Shown: positions 43,032 to 52,490 of the stretch, in pieces
Layout of the letters: each line of letters begins with the position of its first letter
How positions within the stretch are numbered: the first letter of the stretch is position 1
NCBI GenBank assembly: GCA_027622005.1
Contig: JAQBZH010000007.1
Location: 2,084 to 66,083 of the forward strand
DNA length: 64,000 nucleotides
Reading direction: 5' to 3'
Source: Bacteroidota bacterium
GTDB lineage: Bacteria > Bacteroidota > Rhodothermia > Rhodothermales > UBA10348
Position numbers and translations under genes: made by a program
The notes under the pieces: model-generated
Told to the model about the DNA's origin: nothing
Databases searched by the model: none
What the model saw: only the letters and a program-made list of their open reading frames with translations

Positions 43032-46000
43032 CTACCAACCGGGCACCAATTGGAATCCAAAGTGGGCGCCTTTTAACGGCCGTTGGAATGGCCTGGCATA
43101 AAATATTTCGAGGACGGTATATCCGAACATGTTAAACCGAGTAGAAACCCCTGCGCTAAAGACGGGAATCCGATCGGCGGTAGCTTTGGTTTCCCATCTG
43201 AGGTCTGGAGCTTCATTTTCGGTCCAAGAAACGCCACCATCAGCGAAGAAAGACACTTCCGTTGGCAAGTAGGGGAAATTGATCAGTCCATAGGACTCTG
43301 ATCCGAACAGAGGAATACGGAGTTCAATACTAGCCAACCCGAGCCGGGTACCAAGAAGTCGTTCCTGCTCAGCGCAAGCCTGTCTGTTGGGTGTCGGTGT
43401 GCATTCATCTGGATCATCAAACGACGTAAAACTATATCCACGAACGAACCCAATGCTGTTGGCATAACCCAAGTATTCTTGGGTAAACAAGTTGTTGTCC
43501 TGTGCTTTCGCGCCATAGTTCCCGACGTGCAATCCCCTGAAAGCTAACGTTAGGCTCTTATATTGAAAATACTTACGATAATCGACTTGGACCCTTAAAT
43601 ACGTCTGTGAGCCTACAAATGGAGCGATTTCTAAACGGGATCTGCCCCCACGAATAGGCGAAGTATAGCCAAAGAAAGAGTAATCCGAAACCAAAGCCAG
43701 CCCGGATTTAGCAAAGTACACCGCGTCGGGTTCTTGCGAATTCAGATCGGTTCGCACTCGCCGAACGCCCAGCGCACTATAGTAAAACGTATCTCTTTCG
43801 TAGTCGAAACCGTAGCGGGTAAAACCAACCGAAGCTTCTATCCGCCTTGTGGCGGTGAAGGGATAGGACGCGATTCCGTCGATATTATCTACGTAAATAC
43901 GATATTTGAATTGGTTAATGACTTGCGATGGCAGCCCAGTTTCCTGATCATAACGCGGCTGATCCCATTGTGAGGCTCCATACACGATTGGGGTGTGACC
44001 TGCGAAACCGCCCCAGTTAAATCGGTTTTTCCGGTTGAGGTACCCAACCTGAGCTCCGATATCTTTAAACGTTCCGTTGGCTTGGGCCACGACCGTCAAG
44101 TTTTGATTTCCGAGCATATCGCTAAAAAAGAAGCCTACTCCCCCGCTAACCCCCGAGCCATAAACGCCTCCTGCAGAAACGCCGACCGTGGGAGGAGCCA
44201 CGAAATCGAGTTTCAAACGTGGGCTATAGACCTCGGTCATATAGTCTTGATCAGGTGGAAGCCCCGTTAACGAGTCGTTTAAATACGTTCCGACTAACCC
44301 TTCATCGAGTCCGCGATACGGAGGAAGAACGGATGCAATCGGGCGGCCCTCATTTTCAGAAATAACGACCGGAACACCCTCTAATTGGTCGCTTTCACGA
44401 GAATAGACCGCGTACTCGGAGTTCGAAAACACAGAAAACATCATCCGGCCGTTTTGCGCTGCCACCGTCATGGCTGGTGATAATGCGGTAATTCCCGAAA
44501 TACCGGTGCGTTGATTCGTAATCTTGAAAACGTTCTCGGTCGCAAGATCCATTCGATACACATCCTTAAACCCATCGTAATTCGAAATGAAGTACAAATT
44601 GCGACCGTCTGGGGAAAATTGAGGGTTGTGATGTGCTCCATCAAAAGGTCGAATAACTTTGATTTCAAGCGACTCGACGTCGATAATGGCCAAGCGCTCT
44701 TGACTGTATTCCAGCGTCCGAAAATCGGTCCCATCATCACCGCGGTCGGTTGTAAAGGCCAGCGATTTTCCATCGGGAGACCAAGCGGGTTGCATATCTG
44801 CATACCGGTCGTTGGTTAGCTGCCGGACATCGCCTGAATCCATATTCAACAGATAGAGATCGCTGATCCCGCCATCCATACCCGAAAAGGCTAGAACATT
44901 GCCGTCGGGAGACCACGCCAGGTTGGTGATGGCTGAAACACCATCAACGGCAAAGCGCTTTTTAACTGACCCTTTGGTCCAATCTAGGATAGAAATCTCG
45001 TTATCGCCGTCTACAAAAGTAATGAAAGCAAAATCGCGACCGTCGGGCGACCACGCACCAGCCGAAGCAATGAATCGAATAGCGTCGAAGTGGGCGTCTC
45101 GGTTTCCACTTTTTAGTTTTCGGATGATTTCTCCCGTATTGGCATCCGCAATAAAGAGATTAATTTCAAAGAGATCCTTTTCGGACAGGAAGGCGATGTA
45201 CTGACCGTCTGGGCTCAAAACGGGGGCGATATTCATTTTTCCGCCCTCCATATCCTTAGAAACTACTCGTCGTCCAGCGACCTCCGCGCTATCTCGACCA
45301 ACCGTAAGGGGCAGATAGGTGTCTTTTACCGATTGAATCCACTCGGTAGACAGCGAGTCGGTTGTAATTCCAAGCGTGTATACAAACGCGGAATCAACCC
45401 CAACCTGTCCGGACAGTTTAAACAGATTCGCGACCGCAGAATCCCCATATTTTCCCCCGATATACGCCAAATAGGCTTGGCCATACCGATAGGGGAAGTA
45501 GCTCATGTCCCGGGTAATCTTTTCAATAGTGGGTAAGTCATCTCGCAAAGCGGCATCGCGCATCCACATAGCTGTGTGCGGATCGAACCGTCCCACCGAA
45601 AAGTATTCGGCCATTCCTTCCGTCATCCATAGGGGCACAAACTCGAAAGCAAATCGCAAAGAATCCGTCCGAGACAGGGCAATATCGTATTGGAATGAGT
45701 GGACCAACTCATGGCCTAAAACGTGATCGGTATCTTTATAACTTCCAGTTAGCGGCATAATGACACGTTCCTTGAGACTTTCTGTCACGCCTCCAGTACC
45801 CTCACCCAGAGAGCCATTGATGGCATTCGTTTGATGAAAGTCGGCATCATTGGCATAAAAAATGATCGGTTTACGCTTGTAAAACTCACGTAAAAAAGTG
45901 CGGGAATGTCGTTGATACCAACGCTCGGCCATCCGGGCCGCGTCAGAAACGGCTTCTTGCTCTTCGGGATAAAAGAAGATTTCGAAGTGATCCGTTTTGA

Positions 46001-46142
46001 ACGACTGAAAATCGAATTTGTCGTATTGGACTTTATTTCGTCCAAAATATTGGGCTGATACATTCTGGGTTGACAGCCCCATTCCGAGCACAAAAAATGC
46101 CAGCAAACTTCCACGAAGTGCACGTCGATATAATGTATTCAT
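43032..46142 (-). CDS. Outer-membrane fusion protein: HExxH peptidase-like domain + PD40/TolB-like beta-propeller repeats + C-terminal Omp85 (bacterial surface antigen) beta-barrel
   Basis: The ATG at 46142 gives the signal peptide MNTLYRRALRGSLLAFFVLGMGLSTQNVSAQ. HELVH is encoded at 45699-45713, with a downstream WMTEGMAEYF. There are five SPDG-type PD40 repeats (SPDGQYIAFLS, SPDGRDFAFIT, SPDGNVLAFSG, SPDGKSLAFTT, SPDGRNLYFIS). The C-terminal roughly 400 aa have alternating beta-strand character and end in AHFGFQLVPGW, with an aromatic terminal residue. Confidence 0.75.
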   Translation of the reverse strand: MNTLYRRALRGSLLAFFVLGMGLSTQNVSAQYFGRNKVQYDKFDFQSFKTDHFEIFFYPEEQEAVSDAARMAERWYQRHSRTFLREFYKRKPIIFYANDADFHQTNAINGSLGEGTGGVTESLKERVIMPLTGSYKDTDHVLGHELVHSFQYDIALSRTDSLRFAFEFVPLWMTEGMAEYFSVGRFDPHTAMWMRDAALRDDLPTIEKITRDMSYFPYRYGQAYLAYIGGKYGDSAVANLFKLSGQVGVDSAFVYTLGITTDSLSTEWIQSVKDTYLPLTVGRDSAEVAGRRVVSKDMEGGKMNIAPVLSPDGQYIAFLSEKDLFEINLFIADANTGEIIRKLKSGNRDAHFDAIRFIASAGAWSPDGRDFAFITFVDGDNEISILDWTKGSVKKRFAVDGVSAITNLAWSPDGNVLAFSGMDGGISDLYLLNMDSGDVRQLTNDRYADMQPAWSPDGKSLAFTTDRGDDGTDFRTLEYSQERLAIIDVESLEIKVIRPFDGAHHNPQFSPDGRNLYFISNYDGFKDVYRMDLATENVFKITNQRTGISGITALSPAMTVAAQNGRMMFSVFSNSEYAVYSRESDQLEGVPVVISENEGRPIASVLPPYRGLDEGLVGTYLNDSLTGLPPDQDYMTEVYSPRLKLDFVAPPTVGVSAGGVYGSGVSGGVGFFFSDMLGNQNLTVVAQANGTFKDIGAQVGYLNRKNRFNWGGFAGHTPIVYGASQWDQPRYDQETGLPSQVINQFKYRIYVDNIDGIASYPFTATRRIEASVGFTRYGFDYERDTFYYSALGVRRVRTDLNSQEPDAVYFAKSGLALVSDYSFFGYTSPIRGGRSRLEIAPFVGSQTYLRVQVDYRKYFQYKSLTLAFRGLHVGNYGAKAQDNNLFTQEYLGYANSIGFVRGYSFTSFDDPDECTPTPNRQACAEQERLLGTRLGLASIELRIPLFGSESYGLINFPYLPTEVSFFADGGVSWTENEAPDLRWETKATADRIPVFSAGVSTRFNMFGYTVLEIFYARPFQRPLKGAHFGFQLVPGW

Positions 46143-46465
46143 AACCACCTTTTTTCTCGAAGAGATTGCTGGCGAGTGGAGGGCTCTCTCTTCCATTCTA
46201 TTACTGGATACGCAAGCTTTAAACTTCTTTGCAAAATAGGGTGCAATAACGACACGTCAATTTGCTTAGAAGCCAAGACCTGATACTAGGTTTCTGATTA
46301 AGAGTCGCAATTAGTTACACAAAAAACGCGGTTTTTCCTTCCAATGGTAGTGAATTGAAACTGATTTGCAAGAACGGCTCGTTGAACGGAACTCGGGTGC
46401 CTTTCTTTTGATTGTATACTATCGGTCACGAAGCCTTTCACAGATTTTCAGTACGGTTACCAATC

Positions 46466-48289
46466 ATGGATGAGGGACGCTCAAGGGTTCGCATTTTTTC
46501 AGCAATCGTTGTCATTATTATCGGCACTTTGACACTCAGAGTGGGAAAAATGCAGCTGGTGGACCGTCAGTCGCATACTGGGCAATCTGAAAATAATTCT
46601 ATGCGTGAGCGTCGGGTACAAGCCCCCAGAGGTCGATTTTTCGATCGAAACGGCGTGCTTTTGGTCGAAAACGTGCCTGCTTATACGCTATATGTGACCC
46701 CCAATTATTTTGACGATGCATCTATTCCTCTTTTGGCGGAATTATTGAGCGTGTCGGATTCTACGGTCGCTCATCAGATACAATTGGCGCGGAAACACAG
46801 TTTGTATAAAAGAAGCATCGTCCAAAGCAATATTACTTTGGCTGAGTTAGGGAGGGTTCTTGAGCAAAGGCACGTTTTGGGCGGAATCGATTACGATATC
46901 ACCCAAAAAAGAACCTATACGACACCGGCCAATATGACCCACGCGCTCGGATACGTCCGCGAAATTACAAGTTCTAGATTGGCTGAACGAGCTGACGACC
47001 TGTACAAACGCGGAGATCCTATCGGTCAAAGCGGACTCGAGCTTGAGTACGAACGATATGTGCGGGGCCAAGTGGGTGCGGACTATAAAATGGTCAACAT
47101 CAAAGGTCAGGTGGTAGACGACTACCTCAGGGGCTCGATGAATAAAGCCCCAATCAACGGTTTGGATTTGACGTTGACCATCGACGCCGATTTGCAAGCT
47201 TTTGCGGAATCCCTTTTTGTTAATAAGAGGGGTGGTGTCGTCGCCATCGATCCCAATACGGGTGAGGTGCTGGCCATGCATAGCGCCCCCGACTACGACC
47301 TTGATCTATTTGCCGCGCGTCTTGACCCCACTAAATGGAGCGAACTCGTCAACTCGCCGGAAGAACCCCTTTTTAACAGGGTGACGCAGTCCGTCCTGGC
47401 GCCGGGGTCGACGTTTAAGCCCATGATTGCACTTCTGGCCCTATCAGAGGGCACTATTGATGAGAATTATACCTATTACTGCAACGGTGGCCACCCGATT
47501 GGCAGAGGCAGTTTTTTCAAATGTTTGGCTAAGCACGGATCGCTCAACGTGGTCGAAGCCCTTAAGGAGTCCTGCAATTCATTTTTCTTTGAAATGATGC
47601 GCCTCCACGATGTAAATACCCTCCACGATTTTGCCGCTCGATTCGGTATTGGCGAGGCTCCGTATCTTGATATTGCTAAATCGGAAATCCGATCAGGATT
47701 GCTACCCGACTCCGCCTTTTTTAACAAGGCTTACGGGGAAAGAAAGTGGACCCAGGGGTACATCATGAACTTAGGCGTTGGGCAGGGAGCTCTCGAAGTT
47801 TCTCCCCTTCAGCTAGTACGTTATGTTGCCGCGTTCGCGAGCGATGGTCTCATGGTCACGCCTCATTTGGTTCGGAACATGGTGGATATCCAAACCGGCA
47901 AGATTACGACTCCCGAGATAGAGCCACCTCGACGGGTCAAGGTCAATCAGACGTATCTCGATCTGGTAAAAAAAGGGATGCGCAGAGTCATCACCGACGA
48001 AAGTCCGTGGCTGGAAATTCCGGGAATCACTTCGATTGGAAAAACAGGATCTGCCCAAACCCCCCGGAGTGGAACGTCAGATGCCCTGTTTATTATGGCT
48101 GCTCCGGCCGAAAACCCAAAAATCGCGATCGCCGTAATCGTAGAAAACGCTGGGTTTGGCTCGGGTTCGGCCGGTCCAATTGGCAGCTTCATGGCGGAGC
48201 GGTATTTAACCGGAAGGATTAATCCGATCAGGGACATTTACATGAAAAGCATGATGTCCAAAAACAGTGCTACAATCACCAATAACTGA
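46466..48289 (+). CDS. mrdA: Penicillin-binding protein 2 (elongasome transpeptidase)
   Basis: The ATG at 46466 gives MDEGRSRVRIFSAIVVIIIGTLTL, a TM anchor. The track TTG at 46412 is an alternative start. Transpeptidase motifs are present: GSTFKP (SxxK), SCN (SxN) and KTGS (KTG). rodA follows immediately. Confidence 0.9.
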   Translation: MDEGRSRVRIFSAIVVIIIGTLTLRVGKMQLVDRQSHTGQSENNSMRERRVQAPRGRFFDRNGVLLVENVPAYTLYVTPNYFDDASIPLLAELLSVSDSTVAHQIQLARKHSLYKRSIVQSNITLAELGRVLEQRHVLGGIDYDITQKRTYTTPANMTHALGYVREITSSRLAERADDLYKRGDPIGQSGLELEYERYVRGQVGADYKMVNIKGQVVDDYLRGSMNKAPINGLDLTLTIDADLQAFAESLFVNKRGGVVAIDPNTGEVLAMHSAPDYDLDLFAARLDPTKWSELVNSPEEPLFNRVTQSVLAPGSTFKPMIALLALSEGTIDENYTYYCNGGHPIGRGSFFKCLAKHGSLNVVEALKESCNSFFFEMMRLHDVNTLHDFAARFGIGEAPYLDIAKSEIRSGLLPDSAFFNKAYGERKWTQGYIMNLGVGQGALEVSPLQLVRYVAAFASDGLMVTPHLVRNMVDIQTGKITTPEIEPPRRVKVNQTYLDLVKKGMRRVITDESPWLEIPGITSIGKTGSAQTPRSGTSDALFIMAAPAENPKIAIAVIVENAGFGSGSAGPIGSFMAERYLTGRINPIRDIYMKSMMSKNSATITNN

Positions 48290-48297
48290 GGATTTTA

Positions 48298-49557
48298 GTG
48301 CGCACTTGGTATCGTAATCTTGATGCAGTAAGTATTATGGCGTGGATCGGTTTGGTATTGGCCGGGCTTGTCGCCATTTACTCGGCTACTCACGGTCCTT
48401 CGGCGGATGTCACCGCGTTCGAGCCTGAGGACAACTTTATCAAGCAATTGCTTTGGCTCGGTATCTCGGTTTTCGGCGTCTTGGTTGCATTGATGCTTCC
48501 TGTTCGATTTTTTCAATTGGCTGCGTTTCCGGTCTATATCATTACCACCGCTCTGCTTGTGGTAGCTCTCCTTATTGGGCGAGAGGTAAACGGATCCAAG
48601 TCTTGGATTTATTTCGGACAAACCGGGATTCAGGTCTCCGAACTAGCCAAAGTGGGTACAGTGATGGCGGTCGCTCAACTCGTAGGTATGCGCCGGCCCA
48701 AAACGATGGACCTTAAGTTTGCTTTTATGTTGGTCGCTTTGATCTTGGTACCGGCGGCGCTGATCGTATTGCAAAATGATACGGGTACAGCCCTCGTATT
48801 TTTCGGATTGATCCCGATAGCCTTGTTTTGGAGCGGTATTGAGCTCAATTTACTTTTGGTGATGGTAGGTCCGGCTTTTGCGGGATACTTGGCCGTCGTT
48901 TTTGCACCGGCCGCCTATCTGTTTGCCATCGTTTTTACTGGATTCATCTTGTGGCGAACCAGGGACAAACGAATTACGATCGTCACGGGGCTATTGACTG
49001 GGGGCATCACGGCCTTAGCCAAAATTGCGATGACTAAGGTGCTCAGCGGCTACCAACTTGCGCGGGTTTTGTCTTTTACGGATCCGGGCGCCGAAGAATT
49101 TCGCCAAAATGTCGGTTTTCACCAGGTTAATTCCATGGCCGCCATTGGGTCTGGGGGATTTGCGGGTAAAGGATTCATGGAGGGTACTCAGACCCAAGGC
49201 GGGTTTGTAATGGAGCAATCCACAGACTTCATTTTTTCGGTAATTGGAGAGGAATTTGGATTTATTGGATCTGTTGTGGTTCTCGGCTTGTTTGCCCTCC
49301 TACTGGTGCGTCTTTTAACTTTGGGATCCAATATTAAACACCCATTTGGCGTGATGATGGCGGGCGGAGTGACCGGCGTTTATTTGATCCATATTTTTAT
49401 CAATGTTGGAATGGCCACGTCGTTGCTACCGGTGGTTGGAATCCCGCTACCTTTCATTTCATATGGCGGATCGGCGTTGTTGGCTAACAGTGCCCTATTT
49501 GCCATCGTTCTATCCCTGCATTTGAAGCGTGATGACTTTTCCATTTACGGCTACTAG
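48298..49557 (+). CDS. rodA: Rod shape-determining protein RodA (SEDS family)
   Basis: 419 aa polytopic membrane protein with a GTG start. SEDS family blocks are present (QVSELAKV, NDTGTALVF, TDFIFSVIGEEFGFIG, PLPFISYGGSALL). It lies directly downstream of mrdA. Confidence 0.9.
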   Translation: MRTWYRNLDAVSIMAWIGLVLAGLVAIYSATHGPSADVTAFEPEDNFIKQLLWLGISVFGVLVALMLPVRFFQLAAFPVYIITTALLVVALLIGREVNGSKSWIYFGQTGIQVSELAKVGTVMAVAQLVGMRRPKTMDLKFAFMLVALILVPAALIVLQNDTGTALVFFGLIPIALFWSGIELNLLLVMVGPAFAGYLAVVFAPAAYLFAIVFTGFILWRTRDKRITIVTGLLTGGITALAKIAMTKVLSGYQLARVLSFTDPGAEEFRQNVGFHQVNSMAAIGSGGFAGKGFMEGTQTQGGFVMEQSTDFIFSVIGEEFGFIGSVVVLGLFALLLVRLLTLGSNIKHPFGVMMAGGVTGVYLIHIFINVGMATSLLPVVGIPLPFISYGGSALLANSALFAIVLSLHLKRDDFSIYGY

Positions 49558-49575
49558 TCGCTAACAATCACCCGA

Positions 49576-50256
49576 ATGTTTTCAAGCCTAGGTCGCATTG
49601 TACAGGTTCTTTCAGATCGGCAAAAAACGCGGCAACGAGGAATACACTGGGCCGTTCTCACAACTAGCTTTGTTGCATTGGCGTCAATCGGTCTGTCCCT
49701 TTATTTGACCCCTGAGGGAGCCGATCTGTCTTATCAGTTTATCGAAGAAGGCGCGTTTAACACCTATTTTTCGTCTCTTCTTCTGTCCTGTGGGGCGGTA
49801 TTTATGTTTGCCACCTACACTAGTGAACGAATAGCGGGCTCCGAAAAGAATGGGTATTGGCTCGTACTGGCGGCTGGCTTAGCTTTTCTTTCGGTGGATG
49901 AAATATTTAAAATTCACCATCAAATAAATGCAGTGCTTACCCACGCTGGACTTTCAAGTCCTATTGCAGATTGGACTGATTTCGTTGGGATAATCTATGG
50001 TGTGGTAGCCCTTTCAGTGATGTGGGTGATGTTGCCCAAATTGGTTCAAATCCGATCAATGCCTGAGTTATTAGCCGTCGCTTTTTTGTTCTATTTGGCC
50101 CATACGCTTGCGGATTCTCTAGTTCGACACAATTCTGACTTCACGCATATCGCAGAAGAGTCGTTGAAACTGTTTAGCAGTGCCTTTCTGATGTTGGCTA
50201 GCTACTCTGGGTTGGTTTGGACGTTAGATCGGACGCGGGGACGACGGGCCAATTAG
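49576..50256 (+). CDS. Hypothetical integral membrane protein
   Basis: 226 aa with about 6 predicted hydrophobic helices. I recognised no family. Confidence 0.55.
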   Translation: MFSSLGRIVQVLSDRQKTRQRGIHWAVLTTSFVALASIGLSLYLTPEGADLSYQFIEEGAFNTYFSSLLLSCGAVFMFATYTSERIAGSEKNGYWLVLAAGLAFLSVDEIFKIHHQINAVLTHAGLSSPIADWTDFVGIIYGVVALSVMWVMLPKLVQIRSMPELLAVAFLFYLAHTLADSLVRHNSDFTHIAEESLKLFSSAFLMLASYSGLVWTLDRTRGRRAN

Positions 50257-50651
50257 CTTTGCGACTGCCCCGTGATGGGTCCTTTTCCGAAAAAGCGCAT
50301 CGTAAAAGTAGCCGCAGCGAGTCCGAAAATGATCGATGAAACGAGAAACAGCGTCTGGTCCGGGTGTGCCATCCAACTCTTAACACTGAAAATGAAGGAG
50401 GGGAAAGCGAACATCAAATTCTGAAGGACGAGTGGGCGTCCATAAATTCCTCCGATCGAGGCAGTCTTGTTTAAATAGTTCATCCACCCGAGGCCTAGCA
50501 GAGCGGCTCCCAAAAGCTGAATTGTCCAAACGGAGAATGGAGAGGATTCTTGCTCGGAGATCCGCAAGAGTTCTACGGGTATAAAAAAGAGGCCCAATCC
50601 AAATAGGAAATAAATGAGCGCGATTGTCAGCACGTCGTAATTCGTTTTCAA
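50253..50651 (-). CDS. Hypothetical small integral membrane protein (about 4 TM)
   Basis: 132 aa, hydrophobic throughout. The start is a TTG, so it is uncertain. The gene is convergent with 49576-50256, with a 4-nt overlap. Confidence 0.5.
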   Translation of the reverse strand: MKTNYDVLTIALIYFLFGLGLFFIPVELLRISEQESSPFSVWTIQLLGAALLGLGWMNYLNKTASIGGIYGRPLVLQNLMFAFPSFIFSVKSWMAHPDQTLFLVSSIIFGLAAATFTMRFFGKGPITGQSQS

Positions 50652-50663
50652 AGCATTTTATGG

Positions 50664-51284
50664 TTAAGGCATTCCGTCAAAGAAATCAACTTTTCCCGTC
50701 TCAAGCGAATATTCAGCCCCCACAACCAATAATCCATTGGTCTGAATTAAGTCCTCGAGAATCGGAGATCCGTGGCGTAAATGATTAGCAGAGGACCGAA
50801 TATTGGCCCGAATTGCCATTTCTAGCAGCTTATCTGCATTATTTTTGAGGTCGGTATCCATCAACGACTCGACAGAGGGTTGAATCCGACCAACAATAGC
50901 GTGCAAATTAGGGGATCGACTTGAAACGGGAAGCTGCAATTCCTCAATGGTAGCAAGTACGGCTCCACAACTGGAATGCCCCATTACGACGACCAAACGA
51001 GTTTGAAACCGGTCCGCAGCAAACTCTACGCTCGCCACTTGAGATGGTGCAACCACGTTCCCGGCAACCCGAATGACAAATAGGTCTCCCAGGCCCTGGT
51101 CGAATACCATTTCAGCGGGCACTCTGGAATCAGAGCAACCCAAAATGATAGCGATGGGATTTTGACGCTCCACAAGTCGATCTCGTTGCCTTTGACTGGG
51201 TCTCGAACTACTACTTCGAAACCCGGCAACGAACCTTTCATTGCCCTCCAGTAAAAGTTGGAGGGCCTCTCCGGCTGAAATCAT
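50664..51284 (-). CDS. Beta-class carbonic anhydrase
   Basis: 206 aa. The zinc ligand and active-site blocks are GCSDSRVPAEMVFDQGLGDLFVIRVAGN and VMGHSSCGAV. Confidence 0.9.
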   Translation of the reverse strand: MISAGEALQLLLEGNERFVAGFRSSSSRPSQRQRDRLVERQNPIAIILGCSDSRVPAEMVFDQGLGDLFVIRVAGNVVAPSQVASVEFAADRFQTRLVVVMGHSSCGAVLATIEELQLPVSSRSPNLHAIVGRIQPSVESLMDTDLKNNADKLLEMAIRANIRSSANHLRHGSPILEDLIQTNGLLVVGAEYSLETGKVDFFDGMP

Positions 51285-51668
51285 TTCATTATTATTTGAA
51301 CTTTGCCCAATTTTAAGGCACGAAACAGTACTAGTCGCTGGTAAGTATAGCTCCGAAAGAGGTCATAAATCGAGCCCCTCGGTCAGAAAAAGCGATTTTC
51401 AAAGGCCTAAAAGGATGTACCGTGATGAATTTTTGAATTAATGATGCACTATTGGCATCTTTCTATTGCTTTACCGTATTATTGTATCGAAATCGGCTCT
51501 TCTGCCCTCTTTTCTTCGACGTCTGGATCCTCGCCCGTCCTCCGAATTCCTTCGGCCCTGGTTAAGCGGTTATCTCTTCGACTTCTATGTAACTGGGTTG
51601 GTGGTATGGGTTGAGTACTTTTAGTTGTTTTAATCAAAAGAACGGGGTCATCTGATCCCTCCGACGTT

Positions 51669-52070
51669 ATGAAGAAGATTTTTGTTGGCAACCTTGCATG
51701 GAAAGTCGACGACCAAGAGCTTGAGAACATGTTTGCAAAGTATGGTGAAGTCCAGTCTGCTAAAGTTATTTCCGATCGCGAAACCGGCCGCTCACGTGGT
51801 TTTGGCTTTGTTGAAATGGAAGACAGCGCAGCAGATGATGCCATTGAAGGACTAAACGGAATTGAAATTGACGGTCGCGACCTACGTGTCAACGAAGCCA
51901 ATGATCGCCCGGAACGTAGTGGCGGTGGCGGCGGCGGTGGCAACCGTGGCGGCGGCGGCGGTGGCGGTGGTTACCGTGGCGGCGGCGGTGGTTACAGTGG
52001 CGGCGGCGGCGGCGGCGGACGTGACGGTGGTAACCGTGGCGGCGGCGGCGGCGGCGGCTCACGCTGGTAG
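51669..52070 (+). CDS. RRM-type RNA-binding protein with a glycine/arginine-rich C-terminal tail
   Basis: 133 aa with RNP2 (KIFVGNL) and RNP1 (RGFGFVEM). The tail GGGGGGNRGGGGGGGGYRGGGGGYSGGGGGGGRDGGNRGGGGGGGSRW is encoded by GGC/GGT repeats at about 51920-52060. Confidence 0.92.
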   Translation: MKKIFVGNLAWKVDDQELENMFAKYGEVQSAKVISDRETGRSRGFGFVEMEDSAADDAIEGLNGIEIDGRDLRVNEANDRPERSGGGGGGGNRGGGGGGGGYRGGGGGYSGGGGGGGRDGGNRGGGGGGGSRW

Positions 52071-52092
52071 TCCGACTCGCTAGAGTTTTAAA

Positions 52093-52127
52093 GGGCGCCG
52101 ATGCATTTGCATCGGCGCCCTTTTTTT
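52093..52127 (+). terminator. Rho-independent terminator of the RRM protein gene
   Basis: GGGCGCCGATGCA-tt-TGCATCGGCGCCC is a 13-bp GC-rich stem. It is followed by TTTTTTT and lies 23 nt after the stop codon. Confidence 0.85.
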
Positions 52128-52168
52128 ATGCGCTTACAATGGTGCTGGTTTTAGCCGATACAAAGTGT

Positions 52169-52420
52169 ATGAAAACAATCATACACGATGGACATCGAAT
52201 CGACGCCCCCGGCTCAACCATAACCGGCCTAGAAGTAATTCGTTATGATGGGGAAATCGTATCAACCAAGAGATCCGTTCTGGGCGCCATGCATTCCTTT
52301 CAGGCGACCGAAAACGGCGAAAACGTCCACTATTTGGTGAAAATAGGCACGCGATGGCACGGCTTTGGAGCAACATGTACTATCTATCGCAATCAAGAAC
52401 TCCTCTTTTCAGATTGTTGA
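52169..52420 (+). CDS. Hypothetical small protein
   Basis: 83 aa from the ATG at 52169 (MKTIIHDGHRIDAPG...). The track start at 52139 would lie only about 12 nt from the terminator T-run. I recognised no family. Confidence 0.45.
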   Translation: MKTIIHDGHRIDAPGSTITGLEVIRYDGEIVSTKRSVLGAMHSFQATENGENVHYLVKIGTRWHGFGATCTIYRNQELLFSDC

Positions 52421-52490
52421 GCGTTCGGACAAGACAGGTGCAGCTCCAGTTCGTATATTTGTCCAAACGATATCAATAAGAGGACAGATC

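Noticed and set aside
51479-52083. 154-aa poly-Pro/Ser ORF on the minus strand (51479-51943) and a 73-aa Ala/Val-rich ORF (51862-52083, +)
   Set aside because: These are frame and strand shadows of the GGC/GGT repeat that encodes the Gly-rich tail of the RRM protein. They have low-complexity composition and no independent coding signal.
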